DNA of 64,000 nucleotides. Source: Hyphochytrium catenoides. Lineage: Eukaryota; Protista; Hyphochytriomycota. Positions within the stretch are counted from its first letter, which is position 1; each line of letters starts with the position of its first letter. The notes under the pieces were generated by a model. It had not been told where the DNA came from. It saw only the letters and a list, made by a program, of their open reading frames with translations, and made no database searches. Positions 52,601-64,000 of the stretch are shown in pieces. The position numbers were made by a program, and so were the translations under genes. The stretch covers positions 1 to 64,000 of the forward strand of contig FLMG01001546.1 in the NCBI GenBank assembly GCA_900088475.1, in the 5' to 3' direction.

Positions 52601-54830
52601 ACCTTGGGCGGAATCCCCGAAGTGTATCCACCTTTCTTTTGAGGTTCCTGAGTTTCTTCAGTGCTGTCCGGCTTTGATTCATCCCTGCTGTTGCTAGTTT
52701 GCGCAATTTTTGAATCCTCCTTGGTGTTAGAGGTTAGAGGATTCACCTTGGGGCCACTACCCTTATTGCTCTCTAAGGTCACCAGGAGAAGCACGGTCTC
52801 AGAGAGTCAAAGTTAGCCTAACTGTATAATAAGATTACCTCTGGCATCTAAGGTAGCTTTGCTTTCATCGGCATCTAAGGTAGCTTTGCTTTCATCGGTT
52901 GCTGCGACGTTACCCTTCGACCCTGGACACATGAACGCTTTTAGTTCTTGCTCTTAGCTAAATGATGCTTTTTATTTACCTTCTCTGTGAGATGACCTTC
53001 GCCGCTTGCTTTCTTCCCGAGCTTCTTTCAGGCTTTTGGGTCGGTCTGCCACTGTCATAGCTTGATCAGATCCTTCTAGTGACAACATTTAGGAGCGATA
53101 ATAACTCAGCCACCTGGCGGATGGGTCTTTCCATCTAACCCTCCTTTGCTGAGCCCGGAAGAGTCGATAAATTCAACTGCATTCCCTTTCGGCTCTTTGT
53201 TTTCCTCCTCTTCTTGATCTATTCATCAAACGAGTGTACAATGCCCATGAGTTAGGCGCGGAGCGATAGAGTATAAATATAAACGCACCGGGGAAGTTCC
53301 TTTTGTACATTTGCTTGGTTATCCCCTCCTTCGCCTCATGGATGGTCTTTTTCTGCTTTCTTTGCTTGTCAAGGTCCTCTAAGTATGCAGAGCGCAAAGG
53401 TGAGGGTTATTATTTAGCCGTTTGTTTCGATATTGGTTACCTCCATTGTCTGACTGAGCACTCTGAGGTAAAATCTGGGGTGTGTCTCCTGCTGTCTTCT
53501 TACTCTCTTGACTCTCTTCTTTATCGGTGCCTCCGAGCGCACTCCCGGTTGACACTTCCGCAATTTCAGAGCCTTTCTCCTCCTGCTTTGCGCCCTCACC
53601 TGACTTCGAAGTGGCCCCGGGATTTTTGGGTTTTGGGTCGTCAATAGATTTCGATTGCTGCTGACTATCCAGAGTATCTGACTCTTCATGTTGACTATAT
53701 GAACCAACTGCAGGGGAAGATGTCTCAACCTTGAAGTTCTCGGTGACTGTTCTATCTTCTTGTTTCAGTCCTTCTCGGCTATCGAGCGTCTTTGATTCCT
53801 CTATACGGCTAGCCAGAGAGGGAGATGCCTCGGCCGTGAAGCTCTCAGCGACTTGTTCTTGTTCTGCTTTCTGTCGCTCTGGGCTCTCATAGGTCTTCGA
53901 CTCTTCTTTCCTGTCCGCTAACGAAAGGACGGGGGATATTGCGTCAGCCTTGGAGTCGTCAATAAAAGACGCTCTTGCGTCAGGCTTTGACTCTTGACTG
54001 AATGGGTCTCTTGCGTCAGCCTTGGCGTCTTCACTGAATGTCCTTCGTTCTGCTGTCGGCCGTTCCGGGCCATCAAGAGGTCTTAACTCTTCTTTTCGGT
54101 AAGCGAAAGCAGCGCCAGGAGACAATGCCTCCGCCTTGGGAGCCTCAGTGGTAAGTCTCTCTTCTGTCGGTCCTTTTAGCATTTCAGGGAGAGAACGACT
54201 GAAGCTACGAAAGTAGTTACCTGATTTTACGGATCTCTCTACCACTACTGAAGCGACCCCCCCTAGGTCCTTGTCATCTGATGAGATGCCGGTCGAGCAC
54301 GAAAAATATTTAGACAGAAGGCAAGTAATGTGTTCTTTTTGGTTGCAACCTTTTCCCTCTACATTCCTCTTCTTGACTGGAGATTCAGCGTGCGTTGGGG
54401 ACTGTTCATCATCTTTTGCGCTGACCATCTGTCTTGATACTGCATTTTCTTTGCCTGTACGGAGCTGCTTAGGAAGCCGTGGGTGAGAAGGAATACGACA
54501 CAAACATCTCTACCTTCAGCAATGGGCTGCAGAAAGTCCTGTTGCGGTTGTGTGGTGCTAGGGTGTGGTTCATGCACTTTTTCCTGGTCTGAAGGAGAGG
54601 TAGGTGGTGGCAACTTGGCTGCTGTGGATGATGGAGCAGTATAATGCTAATCAGCTCTTACCTTCTTTCCCAGGCCTTGGCTTCGTCTCTTTACCAAGCT
54701 CTTCGTGCTGCTTGGCTTGTTTGGCAACGATAGATGGTTCGTCCTTTCCCGACGCAGCCGCAGGTTTGCCCCGGTTCTGCGCTGCTACTCTGTCCTTCAA
54801 GGACTGCCGCCGCTCAGGCTTCTTCTCCAT
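40632..54830 (-). CDS. NPHP4: Nephrocystin-4 (ciliary transition-zone protein) with a long N-terminal disordered extension and an internal EF-hand array, ~19 exons, ~4,100 aa
   Basis: NPHP4 hallmarks: FFTFQFYNY, LQIDVWDGDSLFHLG..LRRLMRQG, LLTQSLTTEFQLFPTFGKPEYFELHIRNPF, FYVLLYED..AIWRV and the terminal exon KRIAYHNRW..RTFHLSS..YLFVNDEEGQSEDCYQL*. The N-terminal C2-like exon is 50920-49743. The upstream small exons splice in frame, but their inclusion in this gene is less certain. Confidence 0.9.
44390..47955 (-). repeat. Coding tandem array of 12 ~95-110-aa paired EF-hand modules inside NPHP4
   Basis: Consensus LRxxLxxAxxKGVxxKDLFxHFDKDGGGSVDxxEFxQVLxGLGxxFxLxxEExxxIFxxIDxDxSGKIxYxEFxxFV, counted 12 times in ORF 42073..49419. 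Confidence 0.95.
52843..52896 (-). repeat. Perfect 27-bp in-frame tandem duplication (DESKATLDA x2) in an NPHP4 5' exon
   Basis: ggcatctaaggtagctttgctttcatc x2 is directly visible. Frame preservation supports coding status. Confidence 0.9.
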
Positions 54831-55729
54831 TTTGTCTTTCCAGCCTCGGCGCTTAATTTCTAGCAGGCATGGTCCACTGCTCTCTGATTGCGTCCTCGAG
54901 AACGCCAGAATCACGAACTGCCAGCTGAGCAGGGGACGCAGTGGACCTGCGGTAATGCAGCGAGGAGATCAATGGGACCATGGTGTCCTCTACTCCGTCC
55001 GATCCCTATTCTCTCATTTTACTAGGCACGCTCTTACGCATCGTCCACATTATCTCCCCTCTCTTCCGATGTCTCATTGCCAGTTCGTTCGTCCCGTGAC
55101 CTCTCCCCGAACGTGGTTGATGCTATCTTCGCCCTCTATCTTCTTCCGCCTCTCTTCCACACTTGTGACGGTTTTCTTAATCATCTCATCACTTGGTCTC
55201 CTTGGTGGTGATGATGGAGCCCGTGGGAGCGGCAGAGTGATGTCCTTTCGGAAAGTTTCAAAGTTTGTCCTCAAAATTTCAGGATCCGGAAGGATAGGAT
55301 CGGGAATAGGCATCTACGTATTCTGTAATAATCCGTTCTAGTTTTTCAAAATGGCGCTTGTTGTCGGCCGCAGACTCTCCACTCTCCACCTGAATTTTGG
55401 CAATAAATCTGATCTTCGTTTAAAACTGCAGATGAAGCTCCAGATTGTGCCTGAAAGCTGCAGAAACTTTAAAATAGTCCATATTGGACGCTGCAGATAA
55501 TTGAATGGACTTTCTCGCGCTTTCGAAAGATCACTATATGCTTATTTGGTGAGTTAGATTTATCGCAGAGGTGATAAAACTAGAGTATGATAGACGAGAG
55601 CTCACAATGACTGTCGTTGACAGAGCTTCATTTCAGGATTTCTCACTCAATGCTTAGAGGTTCTCCTCAAATCTGGATGCCAATGAAGAAAAATGCATCC
55701 TCTACTTTCTAGTGCATAACTGTGCTGCC

Positions 55730-58700
55730 ATGGACGGCCCTGAGGTAAGACCTACTATCACCTAATAGGCACCGTAATACTGAAAGTATTCAACGGCCCA
55801 TTTTAGGCACTCATCGGCCTCCGAAGCCAAGTGGCTCTGCACGCAGAGGAGCTTCTAAGGTACAAACTGACCTGCAACATCAGCGCTTCGTGCATATCTG
55901 AGACTAAGACTTTATGCCTGACAGTAACCTCATCTCCTTGCGGAGTCGCAAACTTCAGAGCCAAGATGTGAAGCCTCAGGACGCCATTGGAAAAACTTCG
56001 GCGGCTGTCGGTGCCAAGGTGGGTGGAGAGCATACTAACTCACGCTTCATGCTCCTAAGAGTGAATATCAATGCGACGCAGGAAACGGCCCGGCCACCAA
56101 CTTGGAAAACACCTTTGACAGCTAACCTCTCTAACCCACCACAGGCAAACGCCACTGCAAAGCCAGCTCCTGTATCTACAAGTCAAGCCGTACAGTCCGA
56201 TAGCCGACCTTTGCCTGGAACAGCAAGGCCGACCCCGGGTAGTGAAAGTGCAAGAAATGGCTCCATTCAGCCGCCTAGCAATGTGGCATACGGACCGCCA
56301 ACGGAGAAAGGTCCCACTCCTGGGCGGCCACCCTTTGTACCCGCGGTCAAGCAAGCTAGTGCGCAGGACAGCAGTATCAAGGAGAAGGCACCTCCGCAGA
56401 GCCTGAACGAGACCAAATCCGGCACAATGGCTCGCGGTGCTGCAACTTCTTCAGTCGTGATTCAGAGCAGTCCCAGTCGACCTCGTCCGGCTCCTATGGT
56501 GAAGTCTTCTCCATCTACCTATAATGCGGATCGAAAACAGAGCACACAGGCCCCCAAAAGCCAGAATGGCCCTTTCAGGGGAGCGAGCACCTCGCGTATC
56601 GCGTCCATTCCTCCTGGGTCCAATGGGGGCGTGCCTGGGGAAAAGAAAGGCATTGGCGACGCCGTCGCTGTAGAGGCGGTAATATAAATTCTATGTGTTC
56701 TGGTAGCCTAACCTTCCTAATTACTGGTCCCTTTTTCGTAGAAACTGACCCCGGAAGAGCTTGTAGCTAAAATTGGTAGCATGAAGAAGCGTCTGAATTC
56801 TCTACAAGCTAAAAGTGGAGCTCCCATGCTCGCTCAACTTGAACCGCCAAGGAGGAAATCGCAATGGGATTTTGTCTTAGAAGAGATGGTAACGTGTTTC
56901 CCTTCCAATGTCGCAATTTCCTTCTAATTCTTTGGTATCTTGTTGAGCAGGCGTGGATGGCGAATGACTTCCATGAGGAACGACAGTGGAAAATTTTCAC
57001 AGCTGCTCGACTGGCTCGGGAAGCTGCAGCAAAGAACCAAGCTGAAGTGGTGGGTCAGGCCTTTCTTTATTCTTAATCTATCCAGGCCTAGAAGCTCACA
57101 TTTTTCCTTTAGCTTTTTGAAAGGCAACATCGAGAGTTGGCCCGCAATGTTGCAGGGAAAGTAAATACCTTTTGGCGGTCAATGGAGAGAGTAGAGTTTC
57201 TCACTCGGATTGATCGGCAATCTTACCGAAAGGTGGGCGACGCATCAAAGCTATAGGGATACGGGTTGTCACCTTCTGACCTATGTTTGACAAATACAGC
57301 CTCATGGAGGGACTATCGGTAGGAAGAGGCCCCTAGAGCAAGCGTCAAGTGGGAAGAATTTGGAGAAGAGCTATGCAAACGGACCTACGGGTTCCCTCTC
57401 CAGTCCTGCTAACCCCCTAACCGAACGGAAGCGACAGGACAAGCCTACTAGTGAGATGCCGGATAGTGTTCAAAAGCTGTTAGACTCGATATGGAAAGCC
57501 AGGGAGCTGGCGAACAAACAGAGTTCTGACACAGAGTACGAGAGACAGACATTATCAGCTATTGGGCCTGAGTTGGCTGCTTACCAGGTAGAGGCGGTCA
57601 GGTTCATCCGTAGCCTACATACGCAGGGTTACGGTGCCATCCTAGCCGACGAGGCAGCACTGAATAAGGCAATTGCCGTCTCAGCCTACGTGAGAGTGGC
57701 GAGCTCATGCTCTAGCGATCGGACAGAGGACGCCTTCGTTAGACCTGACACCGTGGTTTCGGCATTATTTATTGTCCCAGAGAGTTCGCTATCAAAGTGG
57801 GCCTTCTCTTTGAGCACATTGTGCCCGCAACATTCTCTCTTTGTGTTGCATAGTGAGGATAGGGACCGCTCCCGGGTTGTGGCGCAGATGACGGAAGCGA
57901 TCGGGGGTTCTTTGGATACCCCAAAGCGGATTAGAATGGCTTGCGTTGCTTCCTACAGATCCTTCCTGCGTAACTTGGGCTTCCTTAGCCGGTTAGGCTG
58001 GTCTCTGCTGGTGCTAGAAAGTACTTTAATCCAGCCAGCCTACATCAGAGCGTCGAAAGACGAGCCAAGTCGAACGGTTTCCGCCTTAGATGCAGAAGTG
58101 AACGCAGTGAACGTACTGACGCCGGAAGTATGGGACGCCCTAGCCAAAATCAAGGCTGCCTACCACTTAGTACTGTCGGACAAGGATGTCCCAGTAGATC
58201 AAGACACCCTTGTACGATGGGGCCGCTTTCTTCTCCCTGTAGGAAGCCTCGACGACAAGTTGTTAGAGTCAAGTGAGGCGCCAACTCCTAGGTCGTTTGA
58301 AGGACATGAGCCCGGACTTATTGAAGGACAATCCGCACTTCGAGCTGCTTTGCTGTCGCTGTCCCTAAGGCGAACCAACGCCGGGCTCAAATCCCAGCTA
58401 CCCATAGCCCAGGAGGAGCCTATGGCTTGCAAGTTAACTGGGTCGCAGATTGCTCAGTATGGAGACGCTCTGATGAGCTCTTCGCTAGTGTCTATTGACG
58501 GCCTTGTCCACCTCGTCCTTAGGCTACGGGGTCTCTGCAACAGTGTGGACTTCTTGAGCCACGAGAGGCTTGCTGCTGCCGATATCAACAGCATGCTGGC
58601 AGCCTCCGGCAAGCTGAGCGTGCTGTCCTCTCTGCTGGAGCGACTCGGTGCGGAGAAGAGGAAGGTCGCTATCTATGCACAGATGGGAGAAGCTCTCGAG

Positions 58701-61315
58701 ATGCTGGAGGTGTTTCTCTCCCTGAAAGGGCTGACCTATGTCCGTATTGTTGGAGACATAACCGCTCAGCAACGAGGTCTTGTCCATTTTGCATCCAAGG
58801 AGAAGGTCTTTGTGGCGCTTCTGTCGACAAGAAGTTCCAACCACGACGGGAAGAATGCTGCCAGAGTTTTTGGGGCTAGTGCAGTTATAGTCTTCGATAG
58901 TGATTGGGACCAGTCAGTTGAGAGCAAACTGCAGCTGAGCTGGCAAGAGATGGCTTCGTCAAATCCCTTAAAGGTCTATAGACTATTTTGCGAAGGGACA
59001 GTAGAGGCTTCTTTAGCCAAGTCGGGCTTCTGTCTCTCACAGCGTCTATTCGTTGAATACGCGCCAAGGGAGTTCTTCATCGGTGGCTCTGGCGGTATGA
59101 CCATTGAGACCATCCAGGGGGCCGTTGAGGCTGCTGTTCTGGAACAACCACCGCCTTGGTGGGTTGCAGTGACCGCTCAACAGCTGCTAGACGTGGCAGG
59201 GGATGTCGAAGAGCACTACAACCTGACTACCACCCTTTCTAACGCTCTTCGGGGTGGCAATCTCTCAGAAGCAGAGGAAGCTATTCCAAAGTGTGAAGAC
59301 CTGAAAGGCGTGGAATGGTATGCGTTACGTTGGTTAGAGAGCTCGCTAGCGGAGGAGAAGCAGGAAGCTAATCAGAGGGCAGAGGAAATGCTGGAGGTTG
59401 CTCCAGTTGTGAAGCCTTTTCCTTGGACAAGGTTCAACGAGGAACTTTTCTACGACGTTTCTGCATCTTCAGATGTCTTTACCGCGTACAAACATGAACT
59501 TCACCGCTTAGAGCAGAGAGGAGTCCAGCACTATCTATCTATTTATTTGCCACCAGCAATACTCTATCAAGACGTAGGAGAAGCAACTCAATTTGCGAAA
59601 TCACCCCATCTTGGACCTCGGACAGAGTTTGATATTCTATTCAGGAAGGTTTTGGTGCCGAAGCCTGTCAGGCCACCAACGAAGCCCTTGGAGAGCGATA
59701 CAGTTAAGCCTAAGGTCAAAAAGACCAAGAAAACTGGTGCGACAGTCCCTGAAGAGACCCGAAAAAGGAAGCGCAGCGTCGAAGGGAGTGGGCAGACCGA
59801 CCGGAAGAAGAAACAGTCGAGGTCTGATTCAATTGATAGTATACCATTCTCTGGTCTGAGCGACTTGAACGAGGACGAACTTATTGCCGACAGCCTTCTG
59901 TCAGGAGTAGGCAAGGCGATGACTTCAAAAGCAGAGTCTAAGCAGTCGGTCAAGGTGCCCAAAGCTGGAAAGGCGAGTAAAAGGAAAGGAGATGACACTA
60001 AGAATAAGGAGGCTTGGACTACGCTTGAGGACCTCTACATCAAGCAGGGCGTTGAGGCCTACGGCCCCAATTGGGCCCTCATTGCCGATATTATCAACAC
60101 TCGATGCAAAATCGCAGGCGGTAGAAGGCGCTCTGCGAAGCAGTGTGCAGAGCGCTTTTCAGAACTACAGGCTCAACCAAAGGATAAGGTCAAGCAGAAA
60201 GAGACACCAGCCAAGTTTCTCTCTCTTCTTGCTCAGAAGACCCACCTTCTGCATGGAGTTGAGCCTATGGAGAATGCCTGGCTGCCAGCGACACAATTGA
60301 GCTTACCCCACTCGGCGGTTACAGCAACGATGACGTCTTCGTTTTCCTTTGCCAATCTCAACGGGGTTGCATCTGTGCCTCCAGCTCGGGAAAATGACAG
60401 GAGAAGGCTGTACAATGTGTTTGATCACATCCTTAGATGCTGGAAGGCTCGGCCGGTGCCACCATCCGTCCCTGGAACGGATGATCCTAGAGTGGCCATT
60501 GCAAAACCACACGCATCCCACGCACAAGCTGCTGCCAATGCAGGCGCAGTGAAAACTGTGCTGACCCCCGTGCAGCTCCTAGAGCTCAAACGTAAGTCAA
60601 AGGATTTATCCAGAGCCGCGACCTCTACGAATGAGTCGTTAGGCACTACCTCGTTTGGGTCATCTGCGCTATCAAGTAAGCTCCTTCATAGAATGTAGAA
60701 TATGAACTCAAGATTGAGACAAAGATATCTCTAACCATTTGTATTTTCTGTGTTACTGCCTTGTCCCGGCATCCATTTCGCGTCCTAATTTCCTGCCTAC
60801 CTTCAAAGCAAACTTGTCACGCCTTGAATCCTCGTTACGGCGGTCTCCTCATATGATTGGCTCGAGTAATGGGCATGATGTCAGCGTAAGTCACCCTTTG
60901 CGGTTCTATTGTGGCCTCCCAACTGAACACAAATGCTTATCCGTCTAGTCTTCTGGCTCGATGCTGGACAGTGCGTCTCTAGCCACGGCCCAGATGATCA
61001 CGGACCAAAACTCGATCAATCTTGGTAAGGGCTGCCCGCTACGTATAAAGAGCTTGCTACATGCGAGCACTAATAGCACCTGAATCTCCTCTATTGTTGC
61101 TCCTGTCTTCAGCTCAAAACACTGTGTCGGCGTCCCATGGTGGTAGTATGAACGTGACAACGTCTACGTTATTCTATGTGATTGAGAAGGTACCTGAGAT
61201 CAAGTCGCAGATTCAGTCCGTCCTTCAGCGGAAAGACTGTACAGAGGCGCAAAAGGTGGAGATGATTGCCAGGCTGCTAAAGTCGACCAATCATGCCACG
61301 ATGGGAAAGCCTTGA
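55730..61315 (+). CDS. EP400/SWR1/Eaf1-like chromatin scaffold: HSA + degenerate SNF2 ATPase + SANT/Myb, ~10 exons
   Basis: HSA: EPPRRKSQWDFVLEEM|AWMANDFHEERQWK...VNTFWRSME. SNF2-like order: YQVEAVRFI, GAILADE, LFIVPESSLSKW, LRRT...QLP, LRLRGLCNS, SGKLSVLSSLL, KVAIYAQM..LEMLEVFL, LLSTR, VIVFDSDW, VYRL..EGTVE. SANT: WTTLED...GPNWALIADIIN...RSAKQCAERF. Confidence 0.88.
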
Positions 61316-61585
61316 GAGCAGCATCTCATCAATGTAACGGTAGTCAGACCAGGCTGTGCCGGCCTCTAGGCTGCGCCACTTGGCTGCTTGTAGATTAGAT
61401 GTCTTTTGTTGATTATCTACCCCACACCCTGTCGGTGATCTCATTGTGCAGCTGCTCTAATATTTAAGGGGAAATTCTTTATTTTTCAAAACATAGATTA
61501 CTTGCGCCTTGGTTAAAAAGCCCAATCTTCGTAATCGCTCCTTTACTTCCCCCATGGTACGTCCACAGCGTACGCTTTGCAAAGC

Positions 61586-62767
61586 TTAGTCGCTGAGGTC
61601 CATTGGGGCTGGTCCGTACGCGGGCGAAGCAACTTGCGAAGGAGACGCTCCAGGCGAAACTGTAAGTGACGGAGTTGAGGAGGGAGCAGCCGACGCCATA
61701 GTGGCGGGAGACCTACTACCATCAAAGCCTAAATTTTTGAGATACTGCTGGCGAATCTGCATCTGGCTCCGCACCAGGCGCTGTTGCTGCTCTGTCGAGT
61801 CGTAAATAGACTGAGGGGGTACTTCACTTAGTCTTTGTCGTATGCTTTCTTCTTGTCGCATCCTCTCTTCTTTCTGCTGAAGCAATTCGGCTTGATATTC
61901 CTCCTCCATCTCCGCGTACATTTCATCTAAATTGCGCTCAACCATGTCCAAAAATTCTTGGCGGGTGTGCCATAGACGGTCTCGTTGCAGGACCGTGTAT
62001 TCGTGATGCGTAGGAATAAGGATCACCTTGGCTTCTTCATCAAAGTCTACGTGCTTCTTGACCTTTTTGGAGGTGCTAGGTGTTATAGCAGCTCCATCTC
62101 TAGCGCCACCTGACTTGGAGTCTATCCCCATGGAGGCCAAACTCTGACCTGCGTCATCCTTACAGCTCTCGAGATCCTCCAACTCCGCAACCGCATTAGC
62201 CTCAGCGGGTCGTTTGTCCCCGGCATGGGAGCCCTCCTGCCGTGCTCGAGTTGTCGTGCTGTCAGGCTCTTCTGTTGCGGGGCTACCTCCATACCATCGT
62301 GTGATCCTAGAGAGAAGTCCCACTCCTCCGCGTAATGCATTCGGATGGCGATCTTCTCCACCTTTCACCTTCACCCTGATACCCTCACTGGCAGCTTGCC
62401 GACGCGCTGATTCCCTTTGCATTTGCCTCTTGGATTCTTCAATGCCCAGGTTGGCCATGTACTGCTGTCTGATAGCGCGAGGGTCTCGTCTTGCGGTAAT
62501 GAGTGGTCGCGGGTTAGGGGCCACAGATCCAACTCCAGCGGACGGAAGCTGAGGAGGAGGAAGCTGGAAACCTCCAACTCTCGGCAAATCCGGGGGTGGT
62601 CCGGTATCTTCTTCCGCATCAGGAGGACAGACAGGTAAACTCTTTCGCTTCCGCTCAGGACTCTGATCTATACCAAGTATGGCACTACCGCTTTGGTACA
62701 AATCTCTCCCTAAACTCTGTAGCTCATCATTGTTGATGTTTCCGTGTGGGGAAAAGCGGTACGACAT
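61586..62767 (-). CDS. Hypothetical protein with an RVxF-like motif domain
   Basis: Intronless ~393-aa ORF with KKHVDFDEEAKVILIPTHHEYTVLQRDRLWHTRQEFLDMVERN and a duplicated IRQQY(M/L)xNLG motif. Confidence 0.75.
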   Translation of the reverse strand: MSYRFSPHGNINNDELQSLGRDLYQSGSAILGIDQSPERKRKSLPVCPPDAEEDTGPPPDLPRVGGFQLPPPQLPSAGVGSVAPNPRPLITARRDPRAIRQQYMANLGIEESKRQMQRESARRQAASEGIRVKVKGGEDRHPNALRGGVGLLSRITRWYGGSPATEEPDSTTTRARQEGSHAGDKRPAEANAVAELEDLESCKDDAGQSLASMGIDSKSGGARDGAAITPSTSKKVKKHVDFDEEAKVILIPTHHEYTVLQRDRLWHTRQEFLDMVERNLDEMYAEMEEEYQAELLQQKEERMRQEESIRQRLSEVPPQSIYDSTEQQQRLVRSQMQIRQQYLKNLGFDGSRSPATMASAAPSSTPSLTVSPGASPSQVASPAYGPAPMDLSD

Positions 62768-63363
62768 TTTTATCGGAAGATGCGACAACGAAGTCCGCTC
62801 ACCTCGATTCTTGCTTCACCTATACGTGGAGCCCACACTACAGATTATAAAAGTCATCCTCCCTAGGGTCAGCAGAAAAGCTGAGCACCTCTCCGGTCTG
62901 TTCCTTTCTGAAGCTAGCCAGGAAACAGTGCGATCCAAAAGGAACTCTTCAGCCAATCTTGCAATCATCAGCTGCCTTAGGTACTGAATCTTGTAGCTTT
63001 CTCTGTTCGGGCGTTGACTTTTGAGGGGCTAGGAAATCATGACGACGGCCTCATGAGATGGCTCCAGTGCTGCCTGCGCCCAACTTCGCGACCTGATGCT
63101 CCCCCGTCCGTTTCGTGCCTTTTGAAGAGAAGAATCGCTTTAGTGCGTGAACTCATCAACCAGCGCTGCCCTGCTGATGAGTCCCGGTTGACTGCTGAAG
63201 AGCATTGAGGAAGGTGGAGAACAGGCAGATATAACAGTTCATGTGACCTGGGATGTGGTTGCCCAATGCCTCAAGGCATTTATTCATAATATCCATATTA
63301 TTCAACCGGGATAACCTTTGGGAAGTGTTGTACTATTGACGATAACTGTACATGTTTGTAGTC

Positions 63364-64000
63364 CTTACTCTTCGTCCTTGGGCTGGCTGCAGATGTGATC
63401 AGTGATTCGTGAAGCTGCTGGCACAGCTATTATCGCTTTCTGTGGGCAGGGCAGACTCCAGTGAGATTGTGCCTGTGAATGTCTGTACTTCTACCAGCGG
63501 CGCGCGATGGACTATGGAGGCGTCAGAGCAGCAGCAGCACTTCCAACCTTGAGCGAGGTGTAGCATCGTATGTAACACTTGCTGTTGCTGCCATAGATGG
63601 GCAGGATACCAACAGTAACGCCTTTCCCAAGCGCCACCACGGCCGTCAACGAGGATGAAGCGATAGCTGTCTGATCCAAGATAGGTTTATCTTATAGGTT
63701 TATCTTATATGGCTTGTTGTGAAGCACAAGGCGGAGCTAAATAAAAGATAATGGTTATATGCTGTCGAGGGACCTCTATCGCCCCGTCAGGAGCGAGATG
63801 GATTAGCTGTAGTTTTAGGCAAGACGCCTCTCTGCTGCCTAATCTTCCGCCGCGGTCTATGTCAGATGCCAGTGTCATACTCAGAAGTGGTAAGTTACAG
63901 GGTGTGAGCCAACCAACATCGGTAATAATCTGTTCTCCTACTCTTCAATCAGGAAGTAAACGGGCCAACGTGGGTCATGATTATTGGTCTTCTTGTCTCC
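63364..64000 (-). CDS. Possible 3' end of an unidentified gene entering from the right edge
   Basis: Splicable exons give ...SYRFILVDGRGGAWERRYCWYPAHLW...LAQ|VHRAPLVEVQTFTG...QPKDEE*. No known motif. Confidence 0.3.

Noticed and set aside
55074-55313. 79-aa minus-strand ORF between NPHP4 and the EP400-like gene
   Set aside because: No motif, competing frames and no clear splice link. It cannot be supported as a gene.

Overview
Gene-dense, intron-rich eukaryotic nuclear DNA (about 50% GC by eye, almost all GT-AG introns, three short N gaps). It comes from a flagellated protist, probably a stramenopile (inference from protein families; not provable here). The ORF track splits most genes, so I spliced them by hand. 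Confident genes: COQ5, RBM22, COX5B, SSU72, RPL27A/uL15, a SERCA-type Ca2+ pump and nephrocystin-4 (NPHP4). Less conventional genes: a TPR protein, a BPI/TULIP-like + 4xPDZ protein, an RI-like LRR protein, a Zn-finger + charged-repeat protein, a protein with a stand-alone dynein microtubule-binding domain, an RNF168-like RING ligase and an EP400/Eaf1-like protein. Most striking: (1) a ~4,100-aa NPHP4 with an internal array of 12 intact plus about 6 degenerate paired EF-hand modules, a candidate Ca2+-responsive ciliary transition-zone element, tail-to-tail with SERCA; (2) an HSA-SNF2-SANT protein whose ATPase motifs are all degenerate; (3) an RNF168-like ligase in a protist; (4) a dynein MTBD outside a dynein; (5) a cysteine-free COX5B; (6) a probable GA-AG intron. 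No rRNA, tRNA, CRISPR array or intact mobile element was recognised.
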